A stretch of 64,000 nt of DNA from NCBI GenBank assembly GCA_963798085.1, contig CAWCRS010000002.1, forward strand, positions 256,001 through 320,000, in the 5' to 3' direction. Shown piece after piece: positions 1 through 10,519 of the stretch; within the stretch, counting starts at the first letter, position 1, and every line of letters starts with the position of its first letter. The notes beneath the pieces are model-generated. The model was not told the DNA's origin. It was given only the letters and a program-made list of their open reading frames with translations, and searched no databases. The stretch is from an uncultured Gemmatimonadales bacterium. Its GTDB lineage: Bacteria; Gemmatimonadota; Gemmatimonadetes; Longimicrobiales; RSA9. Both the position numbers and the translations under genes were made by a program.

Positions 1-894
1 GCCGAGCTTGCGGTGCCTCGCCCTGGCCATGTTGAACTCCTCCTGACACACCCTGGATGCGATGTAGTGTGGCGAATACAGCGGCACGATGCGCGCGCTG
101 CTCACGATGGCCCGATCCATCTCGTCCTGCCAGGAATCGCCCGGTTTGATTTCGAGCGTGTCGACGAAGATACGGAACTGCGGCAGCTGCCGGCGCAACT
201 GATCCGCGAACGCCGTGGCGGACGGGCCGTCCTTGCGCGAATAGCTGATGAAAACGTCGTAGAGCAGTGGACGCGATACCGGAGTCGTCACGTTTGCGGC
301 CTGGGCGCCAGCCTTGATGGCCGCGAAGCGGCGCCGCAGGTCCTCGGCCTTCGCAGGGTTGCGCTCGACGATCTTGATGGTCTCGAGTGGCAGGCCGCGC
401 TGCAGCCAGAGCATGGCGGCGCGGACGAGCGGCTCGAAGATGGCCGAGGCCGGCACGCGTGCATTGCCCGACGCCACCAGCGGCAGCGCCACACTGCGGA
501 TGGGCGGAACGCCCCAGGCAAAGGGCATGAGGCAGCGGAAGATGTCACCCACGACTTCCGGTGGTGAGCCGCGCAGCAGCGGCTCGAAGCAGAGCAGACG
601 CTGGAAGTGGAAGCGGGTGACGACGTCGGGCGGCAGCGGCCCGGTGAGCCAGCACCCGAACGTCGCCCGCAGATCCTCGGCCTTGTGCTGTGCCAGATCC
701 GCCACCGACAGCCCGCGCTGTTCGAGCGCACCTATCAGCGTGTTGGGGACGGGGTCGTAGTTGTCGGGGAACGCGGACACGACCAGCAGGTCTACGCTCT
801 CCTCTTCCGGGATGGCAGAGAGATCGCCCTGATAGAGGCGGATCTGACTGTCGCCATCCGCGCGCTGCACGGTCAGGCTTTCGAGCAACTCCAT
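1..894 (-). CDS. Macro-domain + TIR-domain fusion protein (3' end runs off the window; absent from the ORF track)
   Basis: Manual translation from ATG 894 (GGAG RBS): MELLESLTVQRADGDSQIRLYQGDLSAIPEEESVDLLVVSAFPDNY...RSVALPLVASGN (macro-like), then YDVFISYSRKD...IFVDTLEIKPGDSWQDEM...YIASRVCQEEF (TIR with Glu at the catalytic position). Confidence 0.8.
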   Translation of the reverse strand, partial: MELLESLTVQRADGDSQIRLYQGDLSAIPEEESVDLLVVSAFPDNYDPVPNTLIGALEQRGLSVADLAQHKAEDLRATFGCWLTGPLPPDVVTRFHFQRLLCFEPLLRGSPPEVVGDIFRCLMPFAWGVPPIRSVALPLVASGNARVPASAIFEPLVRAAMLWLQRGLPLETIKIVERNPAKAEDLRRRFAAIKAGAQAANVTTPVSRPLLYDVFISYSRKDGPSATAFADQLRRQLPQFRIFVDTLEIKPGDSWQDEMDRAIVSSARIVPLYSPHYIASRVCQEEFNMARARHRKLG

Positions 895-987
895 GTTCGC
901 CTCCGCTACGTGTACACCGTGCGTACTGCGCGCGCCACACCCGCGCGTCGCATCACTGGCCTGTGCGTGCGAGGCCGGGCTCACCGG

Positions 988-1719
988 TCAGGGCGCGCCC
1001 AGGTAGCGGGCAGGCAGGGCGCGCTCCTCCACGCGACCGGCGCGCCGCGACACGTGATACGCCGTTGCGGCGGGCCGCGAGCTGACGACGCGGCGCAGGC
1101 GAGTGCCCACATAGTGCAGGGCCGCGCCATCGTCCACGCCGTACCCGGCACTCAGCCTGCCAGAACGAATCAGTCGCTGGTACGCCGGGCGACGGCCGAT
1201 CTCGCCATCATAGTGCGGGCAGTGACTGCCGCGCAGCCAGCCGAGCGCGCGGATCGGCTGGAGCCTTCGGGAAAGCGAATCGCTGAGGCCCTCCCGGAAC
1301 CAGCAGAGCGAGCCCGCGCTCAGACCGCACATCACGGCGCCTCGCCGCCATGCCCGCCGCAGCAGCCGGTCAATGCGCCAGGCGCGCCACAGCAGAACCA
1401 GGTTGTGCGTGCTGCCGCCGCCCACATAGAAGATGTCCTGGCGCGCGATGATCGACGCGAAGTCCGGCGGCGGCGTGACGAAGAGCGGCAGATGCGTGGG
1501 CGCGCAGGGCAACCGCGTGAAGGCGGAATAGAAGCGCTCGATATAGCTGGCGGCATCGCCGCTGGCGGTGGCCAGGAAGCAGATCGCCGGCCGCTTGCGA
1601 CGCGCACATTCGAGCACGTACTCGTCGAGCAGCGGGTTGTCCGGCTCCATGGAAAAGCCGCCACCTCCCATGGCTATGATCTGCCCCGCTCGCCCGCCCA
1701 GTCCTCGCGCTCCGGCCAT
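988..1719 (-). CDS. pepE: Peptidase E (S51 family)
   Basis: IIAMGGGGFSME, YVGGGST, GLSAGS nucleophile motif, CPHYD. Confidence 0.88.
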   Translation of the reverse strand: MAGARGLGGRAGQIIAMGGGGFSMEPDNPLLDEYVLECARRKRPAICFLATASGDAASYIERFYSAFTRLPCAPTHLPLFVTPPPDFASIIARQDIFYVGGGSTHNLVLLWRAWRIDRLLRRAWRRGAVMCGLSAGSLCWFREGLSDSLSRRLQPIRALGWLRGSHCPHYDGEIGRRPAYQRLIRSGRLSAGYGVDDGAALHYVGTRLRRVVSSRPAATAYHVSRRAGRVEERALPARYLGAP

Positions 1720-1923
1720 GACCCGCTCGCCTCCCGGTTGTCTTCGACGCAAGCGTCCAGAAGCTAATCGGTGCCTCGCGTGCGCGCGCGGGCACACGCC
1801 GCACGCAGGCAGGCGGCGTGTGCTGTTGGCCGCACGAGTTGACTGCCCGGCGCATTGGTGATCGATTGGCCGTGAATCCCGAGACCCATCGTCGCCTGCA
1901 GTATTTCGTACGGGAGGCCCGGC

Positions 1924-2442
1924 ATGAGCGCAGTTTCGACGCGGCGGGTGCACGCAGCCCGCAACGGCACCGGCCTGCTGGTCGTGCTGATGGCCATCGC
2001 CAGCGGCTGCCAGCGCCCCGCCCCGGCTGGCTACCAGCCGCGTGTGCGCGACATCACCGTCACCACCGTGCCTCTGCTGGTGAGGGAGGCGCGCGACCTC
2101 TATCCGTTTCTGAAGGATGCATTCGCGCCCGGTGGCGTGCTCGACGGCAAGGAAGTCTATGCCTTCTCGCCCAGCACGCTCACGGTAGTGGAGGGCGATA
2201 CCATCCATTTCCGGCTGATCAATCCGGAAGACGACGACCACTCCTTCGTGGTGCAGGACCTGGCCGTGCCCCTGCCGCCGCAGAAGATCACGGAGGCCAC
2301 GTGGGTGGCGAAGCGCGCCGGCATCTTTCCCATCCTGTGTTCCGTGCCCAGCCATCTGCCCATGATGTCGGGCCAGCTCGTGGTGCTTCCGGCGTCGGCC
2401 ATGGCGGGTGCAGAGACAGCGGGCAGTCAGGCAGCTCGCTGA
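1924..2442 (+). CDS. Cupredoxin-domain lipoprotein
   Basis: Lipobox IASGC; FSPSTLTVVEGD, H-S-F, C-x4-H-x2-M copper-site-like pattern. Confidence 0.75.
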   Translation: MSAVSTRRVHAARNGTGLLVVLMAIASGCQRPAPAGYQPRVRDITVTTVPLLVREARDLYPFLKDAFAPGGVLDGKEVYAFSPSTLTVVEGDTIHFRLINPEDDDHSFVVQDLAVPLPPQKITEATWVAKRAGIFPILCSVPSHLPMMSGQLVVLPASAMAGAETAGSQAAR

Positions 2443-2472
2443 CGCGCTGTTAGAGACGCGGCACGGTCCGGC

Positions 2473-3477
2473 TCAGGCCGTCGGGCGGCGCTCGCTGTCC
2501 AGCATGGCCATCGCCTGCGCCGGATAGCGTTCACCGACAGCGGCGCCGGGCGGCACGGCCTGCTCGATGCGCGCGAAATCGGCGGCGCCGAGGGACAGGG
2601 TTTCCGCGGCCAGCGCTTCCTCGAGCCGGTCGCGACGGCGGGCACCCACCAGGGGCACGATGTCGTCGCCGCGCGCCAGCACCCAGGCGATGGCTACCTG
2701 CGCCACGGTGGCGTCCAGCGACTGCGCCACACTGCGCAGCGCTTCCACCAGCTCGAGATTGCGTCCCACATTCTCCGTCGCGAAGCGCGGACTGAAGGCG
2801 CGCACGTCGCCGGGGACCACGGCACGCTCACGCGACCAGTGTCCGCTCAGCAATCCGCGCGACAGCACGCCGTACGCGGTGATGCCCACGCCCAGCTCAC
2901 GGCAGGCGGGCAGAATCTCCCGCTCGATGCCGCGCGACAGCAGCGAGTATTCGATCTGCAGGTCGGCCACAGGGTGGACGGCGTGCGCGCGCCGCAGCGT
3001 GTCCGCGCCGGCCTCGGAGAGACCGACATGGCGCACCCAGCCGGCCGCGATCAGATCGGCAATGGCGCCCACGGTTTCCTCGATGGGCACGGCGGGGTCG
3101 ACGCGACCCGGCCGGTACACGTCGACGTAGCTGGTGCCCAGGCGGCGCAGTGTGTAGGCGAGGGACGTGCGGACCGCGGCCGGGCGGGCATCGAAGCCCA
3201 GCCAGCGCCCGGCGGGGTCGCGCTGGGCGCCGAATTTCACGCTGATAACAGCCTGTTCGCGGGACCTTCCGCGCAACGCCTCGCGGATGAGCAGCTCGTT
3301 GTGACCCATGCCGTAGTAGTCGCCCGTGTCCAGCAGCGTCACGCCCCGGTCCAGCGCTGCATGGATGGTGGCAATGCTCTCGGACTCATCGGCCGGACCG
3401 TAGAGGTCGGACATGCCCATGCAGCCGAGTCCGACGGCGGAAACGCGCAGCGCCTGGCCCAGGGTTCTGGTCTTCAT
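2473..3477 (-). CDS. Aldo/keto reductase
   Basis: GLGCMGMS, LDTGDYYG, QIEYSLLSR, AYGVLSRG. Confidence 0.93.
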   Translation of the reverse strand: MKTRTLGQALRVSAVGLGCMGMSDLYGPADESESIATIHAALDRGVTLLDTGDYYGMGHNELLIREALRGRSREQAVISVKFGAQRDPAGRWLGFDARPAAVRTSLAYTLRRLGTSYVDVYRPGRVDPAVPIEETVGAIADLIAAGWVRHVGLSEAGADTLRRAHAVHPVADLQIEYSLLSRGIEREILPACRELGVGITAYGVLSRGLLSGHWSRERAVVPGDVRAFSPRFATENVGRNLELVEALRSVAQSLDATVAQVAIAWVLARGDDIVPLVGARRRDRLEEALAAETLSLGAADFARIEQAVPPGAAVGERYPAQAMAMLDSERRPTA

Positions 3478-3565
3478 GCTTTTCACCGCGCAGGAGAGGG
3501 TGGCGGCCGGAGGCCGCGCCAACAGCGTGTCAGTTCGCGCCTCGCGGCGTGCCAGCGGCTGCGCA

Positions 3566-4219
3566 TCAGGTGGCGCCGGGGTTCGCGCGCAGGGTACGCG
3601 CCACGCGCACCCAGGCGACGAGCACGAGCAGCGCGGCACACGCGCCCAGTACCAGGAACACGCGCATCAGCGCGGCCGGTACCAGGCCACGCGTCCAGCC
3701 CAGCACACCCAGGCCGGAGACGGTGCCGAGCGCGTAGCCCGTACGCTCCAGCAGACTCAGCGGAGCGCGGGCACCCGCGCGACTGCGCTGCGGCCACAGC
3801 ACCAGCTTCAGCCGGTCGTAGTCCCAGCACAGCAGGAACACAGACCCGAGCAGCATGCCTCCCGTTATGAAGGGCGTGCCCACGAAATGCAGCGACACGG
3901 TGATGATGAAAATGTTGAGCACGATCGGGAAGCAGAGCACGGCGCCCAGTGTGGCGGTGCGCGGGATCAGCAGCAGCATGGCGGTGACGAACTGCGCCAG
4001 CCCGATGAAGTGCCAGTACGCACCCGTGCGATAGAGTGCCTCGAAGAACAGCCCGACGGGGTTGTCCATGCCCATCGAGGTGAAGCGCTCGCCCAGCAGC
4101 TTGACCAGGCCCGTCGGCAGGAAGGCCAGCGCCAGCATGATGCGCGTAAGGATGGCCAGGCGCTGGAGCGCGGACTGGGCGCGGGCCCGTGTGTGCAGCC
4201 GATCGAGAAAGTCTTCCAT
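3566..4219 (-). CDS. DoxX-family membrane protein
   Basis: [15 protein letters not shown]...YWHFIGLAQ...[12 protein letters not shown]; multiple TM segments. Confidence 0.75.
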   Translation of the reverse strand: MEDFLDRLHTRARAQSALQRLAILTRIMLALAFLPTGLVKLLGERFTSMGMDNPVGLFFEALYRTGAYWHFIGLAQFVTAMLLLIPRTATLGAVLCFPIVLNIFIITVSLHFVGTPFITGGMLLGSVFLLCWDYDRLKLVLWPQRSRAGARAPLSLLERTGYALGTVSGLGVLGWTRGLVPAALMRVFLVLGACAALLVLVAWVRVARTLRANPGAT

Positions 4220-4395
4220 TTGGATCACCGTGGATGAAGTAGCGCGACCGTTGCCCATGCAGCGCGCACGCGTCCCGAATTTACCAGCAATCCGCGAAAC
4301 AAGGCAATGGCGGGATGCGTACGTTCTGCGGTCACACAGCCGGGCCGCTGCGCGAGCGCCCCGGCCATGTGCGCGTGCGCTAATGTCAGGTTAGA

Positions 4396-4604
4396 CGAAA
4401 CGGGCCATGCCCGCGCGGGCCTCAGTGCGGGATCCTGGCGCAGATACAAATCCGGGCCCGGTTCCGCGGGCTGCACCCAGCGCTCGATGCGGTCGCGCGT
4501 CTCCGCGTACAGGCGCTCCGCCACGGCGTCCAGCACGAAGCCGGCGACGGTGGCAAAATTCGGCTCGTCCAGCGCCGTCAGGAGGCGATGGGCCGCGGCT
4601 TCCT
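4396..4604 (-). pseudogene. Start-less gene fragment bracketed by inverted TAA-N6-GTTAGA motifs
   Basis: Protein-like frame KEAAAHRLLTALDEPNFATVAGFVLDAVAERLYAETRDRIERW begins directly after a TAG inside the motif at 4605-4619. Confidence 0.35.
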
Positions 4605-4616
4605 TCTAACAGTGCA

Positions 4617-5069
4617 TTATGGCTCATCGGCGGCGTGCTCCGCCTCTGGTTCGGCAAAGTCAGCGGGCTCGGCCGGCCGGAAGCTCAGGTCGAGGGCGAG
4701 CCAGAGCGCCTTGCTGAGCGGGTAGGTGAGGACCGGGAACAGCAGCAGGAACGCGACGATACCCGCCTCCAGCCAACCCCAGCGCACCTGGGGCCAGGCG
4801 ATCCAGACCCCCAGACCAATCGCCAGCGCCAGCGTGACCAGCGCCAGGATCAGATTGAGCGTGTACGCGCCAATGAAGTAATCGCTCTGGCCGCGATCGA
4901 AGTGCAGCCCGCACACGGCGCACGCGGTCCGTTGCTGCAGCCACGTGGCGAACATGCGGCCCTGGCCGCAAGAAGGGCAGCGCAAACGCAGCGCCCGCGC
5001 GGTGCGGCGCAGGAGAGTGGCGTCGCGCGACGCCGCCGCGGCTGCGGAGTCGAATACAGGCTCGGCCAT
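4617..5069 (-). CDS. DUF983-like membrane protein
   Basis: RCPSCGQGRMF...CAVCG zinc pairs followed by two TM helices and LWLALD. Confidence 0.8.
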   Translation of the reverse strand: MAEPVFDSAAAAASRDATLLRRTARALRLRCPSCGQGRMFATWLQQRTACAVCGLHFDRGQSDYFIGAYTLNLILALVTLALAIGLGVWIAWPQVRWGWLEAGIVAFLLLFPVLTYPLSKALWLALDLSFRPAEPADFAEPEAEHAADEP

Positions 5070-5100
5070 GCACCAAGATGGCACGACGCGCGGCTGTACG

Positions 5101-5889
5101 TCAGCCCGCGGCCAGCTTCTGCCGGATCCAGTCGGCGTAAGAGGAGACGCGCGTGTAGTACTCGACGACGCCGTAGCGCCCGCGGCCGCGGCCCATTCCG
5201 TCCTGCGCGACGGACACGCCCAGCACCCAGAGCCGGCCCTCCACTTCGAGCAGCGCCGGGCCGCCGCTGTCACCGGGCCCGCTGATGCCCTCGAGGTCGG
5301 TGGTACCGGGCGACGACGGGTCGTCGAAGGTCCAGCGCAATACATCAGCGCCGGCGTCCTCGACGCGATTGGTGGCGCCGCGCAGCCGGCCATCGGCGCG
5401 TGCCGGTCCGGTCAGGCCGGTGCCGGTGTCGCCACTGCCCACCACAGTCACCACCCGACCCACCTCGTCACGCGCGGTCCAGGGTGAGGCGACGCGCGGC
5501 GAGGGCACGTCCGTGGCCAGTCTTACTAACGCGATGTCAGAGGGGCCGCCGTCGGTCCAGCTCTCGTGGATGGCGATGGCCTGTATCGCGTAGTCCCTGC
5601 CTGCGACCGTGACTCGCAGCGTATCGCCCCGGGCCGCGCGCTGCCGCAGGTCGGCGGCGACGTGGGCAGCGGTGAGCACCCAGTGCGGCGCGATCAGCAC
5701 ACCCAGCCCGTTGCCCCCTCGCCGGGCGGGATCGGCGCGCCGCGGCAGGTTCAGCTCGACGAGCACATTGCGGTAGCGTTCGCCCAGCGCGAGGTAGCGG
5801 GCATCAGGACGGTCATGGCGGATGACGATGGGCACGCTCAACCCGGTGGCCAGCCAGAGGGCGAGCAGCGTTTGGAACCGCGTCGACAT
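5101..5889 (-). CDS. Secreted trypsin-like (S1) serine protease
   Basis: Signal peptide; LTAAH, DIALV, GDSGGP catalytic triad motifs. Confidence 0.9.
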   Translation of the reverse strand: MSTRFQTLLALWLATGLSVPIVIRHDRPDARYLALGERYRNVLVELNLPRRADPARRGGNGLGVLIAPHWVLTAAHVAADLRQRAARGDTLRVTVAGRDYAIQAIAIHESWTDGGPSDIALVRLATDVPSPRVASPWTARDEVGRVVTVVGSGDTGTGLTGPARADGRLRGATNRVEDAGADVLRWTFDDPSSPGTTDLEGISGPGDSGGPALLEVEGRLWVLGVSVAQDGMGRGRGRYGVVEYYTRVSSYADWIRQKLAAG

Positions 5890-5989
5890 GTAGTGCCTCG
5901 TGAGGAAAGGCGCGCACGGTGAAAGCATACACCGGCGCCGCCATGCGTGTTTGCCTTGTGCGTCGCCCGGCCGTGGTGCGGCGGGCTGA

Positions 5990-6082
5990 ATCGCCCGGTG
6001 GCATTGGCGATGTCGAAGCCGTGGCGGCACCGTCAGCGAGGGCGAGCAGCACCTGCGCGGTGCTCCAGGTCATGCGTGGCAT
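5990..6082 (-). pseudogene. Truncated PadR-like transcriptional regulator N-terminus
   Basis: GGAG RBS, MPRMTWSTAQVLLALADG, then in a shifted frame RHGFDIANATG; sequence degenerates before the wHTH is complete. Confidence 0.45.
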
Positions 6083-6174
6083 GGCTCGATCTCCATCCAG
6101 GTCTTTCTCTACGTAGCGGGATCTGACAGGGCGAGCCCGGCCGATGGTTGGAAGGCAGGGGCAGGCGCCGGCGC

Positions 6175-6657
6175 TCAGGGCTGGCGCACGGGCGCGAGGC
6201 CGCGCGGGCCCAGCTGGTAGCGCGTGTAGACGGGCTGGGAGGCGGCGCCCTGATAACCGTTTGTCAGCTTGCCCAGCTCGATCTGCCGGCCGCTGATGCG
6301 CGGGCGGCCGTCCGAGTGGTAGAGCCGGCTGGCCAGGCCATCCGGCAGTACATTGAGGATCTGCAGTGCGTAGTAGGGACCGCTGCCGGGATTGCGCGAG
6401 ATCACGACGTACTCGAGATCGGCATCGTCATCGAGCTGGCGATAGCCGGCTTCGAAGAAGGTGGAGTCACGCAGGCTGCCCCAGATGGCGACGCGCACGA
6501 CCTGTCCGGCGTCCTCCGTGCCCACGTGTGCCACCAGCCAGCCGCCGTCCACTTCGACGCGCAGTTTGCCGGGTGGCGAGGCCTGACGGCCCATTACGGC
6601 CGCCGGCAGCAGCATGATCGCGGCCAGGCCCGGCAGCAGTCGGATGTGCAGTCGCAT
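6175..6657 (-). CDS. Hypothetical secreted protein
   Basis: Signal peptide MRLHIRLLPGLAAIMLL; protein-like composition. Confidence 0.6.
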   Translation of the reverse strand: MRLHIRLLPGLAAIMLLPAAVMGRQASPPGKLRVEVDGGWLVAHVGTEDAGQVVRVAIWGSLRDSTFFEAGYRQLDDDADLEYVVISRNPGSGPYYALQILNVLPDGLASRLYHSDGRPRISGRQIELGKLTNGYQGAASQPVYTRYQLGPRGLAPVRQP

Positions 6658-6708
6658 GTCCGCAGTCCTCGCGTTGGTGTGTGGCAGTGCTCGCCGGCGC
6701 ATGTGCAT

Positions 6709-7804
6709 TCAACGCGCGAGCAGCAGACGATCTGCCTGGTCCATGCGCCGGCCCACGCGGAAACCGGTGGCGTTCGCCATCATGACCGTGCCCAGCCCGC
6801 GTGTCGGGTAGAGCCGCATCATGGAGTGGAATCCGCCACCGCCGCCCTCCTTGAAGCAGAACGGTACGCCATCCAGGGCGCGGGTGTGCCAGCCCAGCGT
6901 CATGGGAATGGGCCTCCCATTCGCAGTGGACTGGGGCTGGAACAGCAGGGCGCGTGCGGCGCTGTCGAGCAGCACCGACTCGGGACGCAGCAGGTCGCTC
7001 AGGAATGCGCCGAACCCGCGACTGGTGCCTACAATGCCGCCGAACGCGGGGCCGTTGGTGTAGTGGCTGCGTATGACGACCCAGCGACCCACGCGCTCGC
7101 CGATGAGGGCGCCGTCGATGAGCAGTCGTCTGGCGGCGTTGAGGAAGGAGAACTCCTCGAGGTGGCCGCCCGCCTGGCGTTCCGGGTCCGCGATGCGGTA
7201 TGCGAGCGCGTCCGGACCAGCGCCCAGCCGCTCGAACACATTGTTAGTGACGTGCGTCGTGAAGGGCGCGCCTGCCACCTGTTCGATCACCCTGCCCAGC
7301 AGCCAGTAGCCAATGTTGGAGTAGCGGTAGCTCCGGCCCGGCGGCGCTGCCAGGCGGGGGTGGGCGCGCAGCACTTCGGCGAGAGCGGCAGCCTCATCGA
7401 AGCCGTCGTGGGCCGCCGCCGGATGCACCCAGCGGAGCGGCAGCGGATTGGGAATGCCGGATGTGTGGCAGAGCAGCTGGCGGATGGTGACACCGAAGCC
7501 ATAGGGATTCGACGGCACGTGACGTACGAGCGCGTCGTCGAGGCCGAGTGCGCCCAGCGCCACGAGCTGCAGTGTCGCCACCGCCGGTGATGGTCTTGCT
7601 CATCGAGTAGGCCATCAGCGTGGTGGACGCGCTCATGGCGAGGACGGGATCGAGCCGCGCGTGCCCGTGCGCGCACTCCAGCACGACACCGTTCGCGTCC
7701 ACGACGAGGTACTGCAGACCGGGCGTTTCGCCACGCGCGACCATCCCGCTCAGCAACGATCGCACATTGTCCTGCGCGCTCGCGCGCAACATTCCGGCAT
7801 GCAT
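6709..7804 (-). CDS. Serine hydrolase, beta-lactamase class C-like (frameshift near 7585)
   Basis: YSMSKT (SxxK) in ORF 7394..7966 joins LLCHTSG, YSNIGY, KEGGGGGF in ORF 6709..7581. Confidence 0.85.
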
Positions 7805-7818
7805 CGCGGGCGGAAGTC

Positions 7819-8967
7819 TCAGTCGTCCGCGCGCAGGGAGAAGATGGCAATGCGCGGGTCGTGCTCGCGCAGGAAGCTGAGCATGTTGGGCCTGCGATTC
7901 TGATCGAAATGCGACGACCCGCCATAGATCACGCCACGACCCCGCGGCGGCATGTTGCGGGCCCACACGTAGTCACGGGTTGTCGCACCGAGGGGGAACT
8001 CGCCGAACCGGAAGAGGATGAAGCGCGACTCCGTGTCCAGCGCATACACGCCCTTGCCCAGCGACCTCGCCTGCTCGATCAGCTTGAAGTAGGGGTTGTC
8101 GGCGGGGTCTGCCGTGACTTCGTCGCCACGCGTGTTCCAGTTGGTCTGATAGAAATGCAGCAGTGTGCCGCGACTGCGCGTGTACGCGTCACTGCCCGGA
8201 TGCGCGCGCAGGTACGCGTTGAGGGCGGGCTGCAGGTCCTCGGGCAGCATCTCGATGGCGATCCAGTCGATGACAGGCGAGGCGAGGAGGCGGCGAGCGA
8301 GCTCGCCGGGACCGGTGCCGCCGTGCGTCTCGCCAATGAGCACAACGGCGTGTGGCGAGGCGGCGAGGCCGAGCGTGTCGTTGCGGAACGCGACGACATC
8401 GCTGGCCTGAGGATGGTGCATGCGCCCGTCGACGATGCGCTCGATGTCGAAGTACGGGTTGGGCACGAGGTAGCGCGCCAGACCGGCGCGCTCCAGCAGC
8501 GCACGGAATGCGACGGGCTGTGCCGGATAGGCCGCGGGATCCTGCAGCTCGATGCGCGCGTACGCTCCCGGTACGGGATTGCCGTTGAGCATGAGCTTCG
8601 TGCCGTCGTGGAACGTCACGCGCGTGCCATCGCGCAGCGCGAGCGTAACCGCGAACGTCTCCATGTGCTCGAGCGTGGCGTACTTCGGCACCATGTCCGC
8701 GACCACGTTCTTCAACGATCCGCGCTGCAGTGCCTGCACGCCGAAGAAATCCGTGAGCCAGGGGCTGGGTTGTGCGACGCGGTCGAACAACGCCTGTGTG
8801 CCCACCGCCTGCGCGATGGCGCGGGCTTCGTCCAGCGTGAACGTCTCGACCGGCGTATCGAGCGCCACCACCAGCGCCGGCGACCGAGCGGCCCGGCGCC
8901 CGCCGCATGCCGCTGCGAGCAGGCATGCGACCAGCGCGGCGCCGCGGGCCCGCTGCCGTGACTGCAT
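7819..8967 (-). CDS. Lipoprotein with C-terminal ChaN/EreA/TraB-like domain
   Basis: GGAGGAG RBS, lipobox LAAAC; VLIGETHG...WIAIEML...RD...YGGSSHF. Confidence 0.55.
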   Translation of the reverse strand: MQSRQRARGAALVACLLAAACGGRRAARSPALVVALDTPVETFTLDEARAIAQAVGTQALFDRVAQPSPWLTDFFGVQALQRGSLKNVVADMVPKYATLEHMETFAVTLALRDGTRVTFHDGTKLMLNGNPVPGAYARIELQDPAAYPAQPVAFRALLERAGLARYLVPNPYFDIERIVDGRMHHPQASDVVAFRNDTLGLAASPHAVVLIGETHGGTGPGELARRLLASPVIDWIAIEMLPEDLQPALNAYLRAHPGSDAYTRSRGTLLHFYQTNWNTRGDEVTADPADNPYFKLIEQARSLGKGVYALDTESRFILFRFGEFPLGATTRDYVWARNMPPRGRGVIYGGSSHFDQNRRPNMLSFLREHDPRIAIFSLRADD

Positions 8968-9105
8968 CTCTCCTCCTCCTTCGTCCGCACCGTTGCGCGG
9001 GACGAAATAGCGGCGCCGACGGGATGCGGCAATCGGCCTCGTCTTGCCCGGCGGCACGGTCTCCCCGATCATGGCGAGAACGACGCACCTCATGCCAGGA
9101 AGCGA

Positions 9106-10371
9106 ATGCTCAATCTCTTCGACATTGTTGCGCTGATCATCACGGTAACCGCAGTGCTGAGCTACCTGAATCGCCGGGTGCTCAGGCTGCCCACCACGAT
9201 CGGCGTGATGGTGGGCGGGCTGGTGCTGTCCCTCGTGCTGCTCGGGCTGGGCGCACTGCACGTGATCCGCCCGGCGCGCGTGGAAGCGCTGGTCAGCTCG
9301 TTCCGCTTCGATACACTGCTCATGAACGGCATGCTCAGCTTCCTGCTCTTCGCGGGCTCGCTGAACGTGGACCTCGAGCAGCTGCGGCGGCACCAGGGGA
9401 CGGTAGCCATCCTGGCTACGGCGGGCACGCTGATCTCGACCGCCATCATCGGCTTGGCTACGTGGCAGGTTTTCGGCCTGCTGGGCATGCAGGTGTCGTT
9501 CGCGGCTGCGCTCGTGTTCGGCGCGCTCATCTCGCCCACCGATCCGGTCGCGGTGCTCTCGATCCTGGGCGAAACCAACGCGCCCGCCGACCTGAAGATG
9601 CTGGTCGTGGGCGAGTCGCTGTTCAACGACGGCATTGGCGTGGTGCTCTACACCATCGCGCTGGGGGTTCTGGCCACCAGCGGCGCGCCCAGCGCTTCCC
9701 ACGTCGGGCTGCTGTTCCTGGAAGCGGCGGGCGGCGGTGTGCTGTGGGGGCTCGTGCTCGGCTTCGTGACGGTGCAGATGCTGCGCCGGGTCGATGACTA
9801 CACGGTCGAGATCCTGCTGACACTGGCGGTGGTAACCGGCGGTTATGCGATGGCGGAGCGGCTCCACGTTTCCGGCCCGCTGACCATGGTGGTGGCGGGC
9901 ATCATTGTGGGCAATCCGGGGCGGCGGCTGGGCATGAGCCAGCGCACGCAGGCGCACCTCGACACCTTCTGGCTGGTGATCGACGAGATCCTGAATGCCG
10001 TGCTCTTCGTGCTGATCGGTTTTGAAACCCTGGTCCTCACGATCGAGCCCGGCTACTTCATGGCGGCGGCGATAGCCATTGTCGTATCGCTGGCTGCGCG
10101 GTGGATATCGGTGGTGCTGCCGGCAGCGGCCATGCGGCCGTGGACGCGCATGGACCGGGCGACGGTGCGTATCATGACCTGGGGCGGGTTACGCGGCGGC
10201 ATCGCGGTCGCGCTCGCGCTCGGCCTGCCCGCTCGCGACGAGCGCGATCTGCTGATCTTCATGACCTACGCCGTGGTCGTGTTCTCCATCCTGGTACAGG
10301 GCCTCACCGTCCGGCCTCTGCTGCTCCGGCTCTATCCCTCTCACCGCGGAGAAAGTGAGGGCGCAGAGTAG
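9106..10371 (+). CDS. Na+/H+ antiporter (CPA1)
   Basis: ISPTDPVAV, GESLFNDG, WGGLRGG motifs; about 12 TM segments. Confidence 0.93.
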   Translation: MLNLFDIVALIITVTAVLSYLNRRVLRLPTTIGVMVGGLVLSLVLLGLGALHVIRPARVEALVSSFRFDTLLMNGMLSFLLFAGSLNVDLEQLRRHQGTVAILATAGTLISTAIIGLATWQVFGLLGMQVSFAAALVFGALISPTDPVAVLSILGETNAPADLKMLVVGESLFNDGIGVVLYTIALGVLATSGAPSASHVGLLFLEAAGGGVLWGLVLGFVTVQMLRRVDDYTVEILLTLAVVTGGYAMAERLHVSGPLTMVVAGIIVGNPGRRLGMSQRTQAHLDTFWLVIDEILNAVLFVLIGFETLVLTIEPGYFMAAAIAIVVSLAARWISVVLPAAAMRPWTRMDRATVRIMTWGGLRGGIAVALALGLPARDERDLLIFMTYAVVVFSILVQGLTVRPLLLRLYPSHRGESEGAE

Positions 10372-10519
10372 GGGCGCGCGGTGCTTCTGTTCCTCTGAGT
10401 CCAACCCGCCGTTCTGCAAGAATCTGTTAGGATCGTTCCCGGGTCCAATGTACCAGAGCCGTCACTGCCGGCAGTGGCTCCCTGATTCGCCCCACCATCT
10501 CACGCCGTGCTCTGCGACC

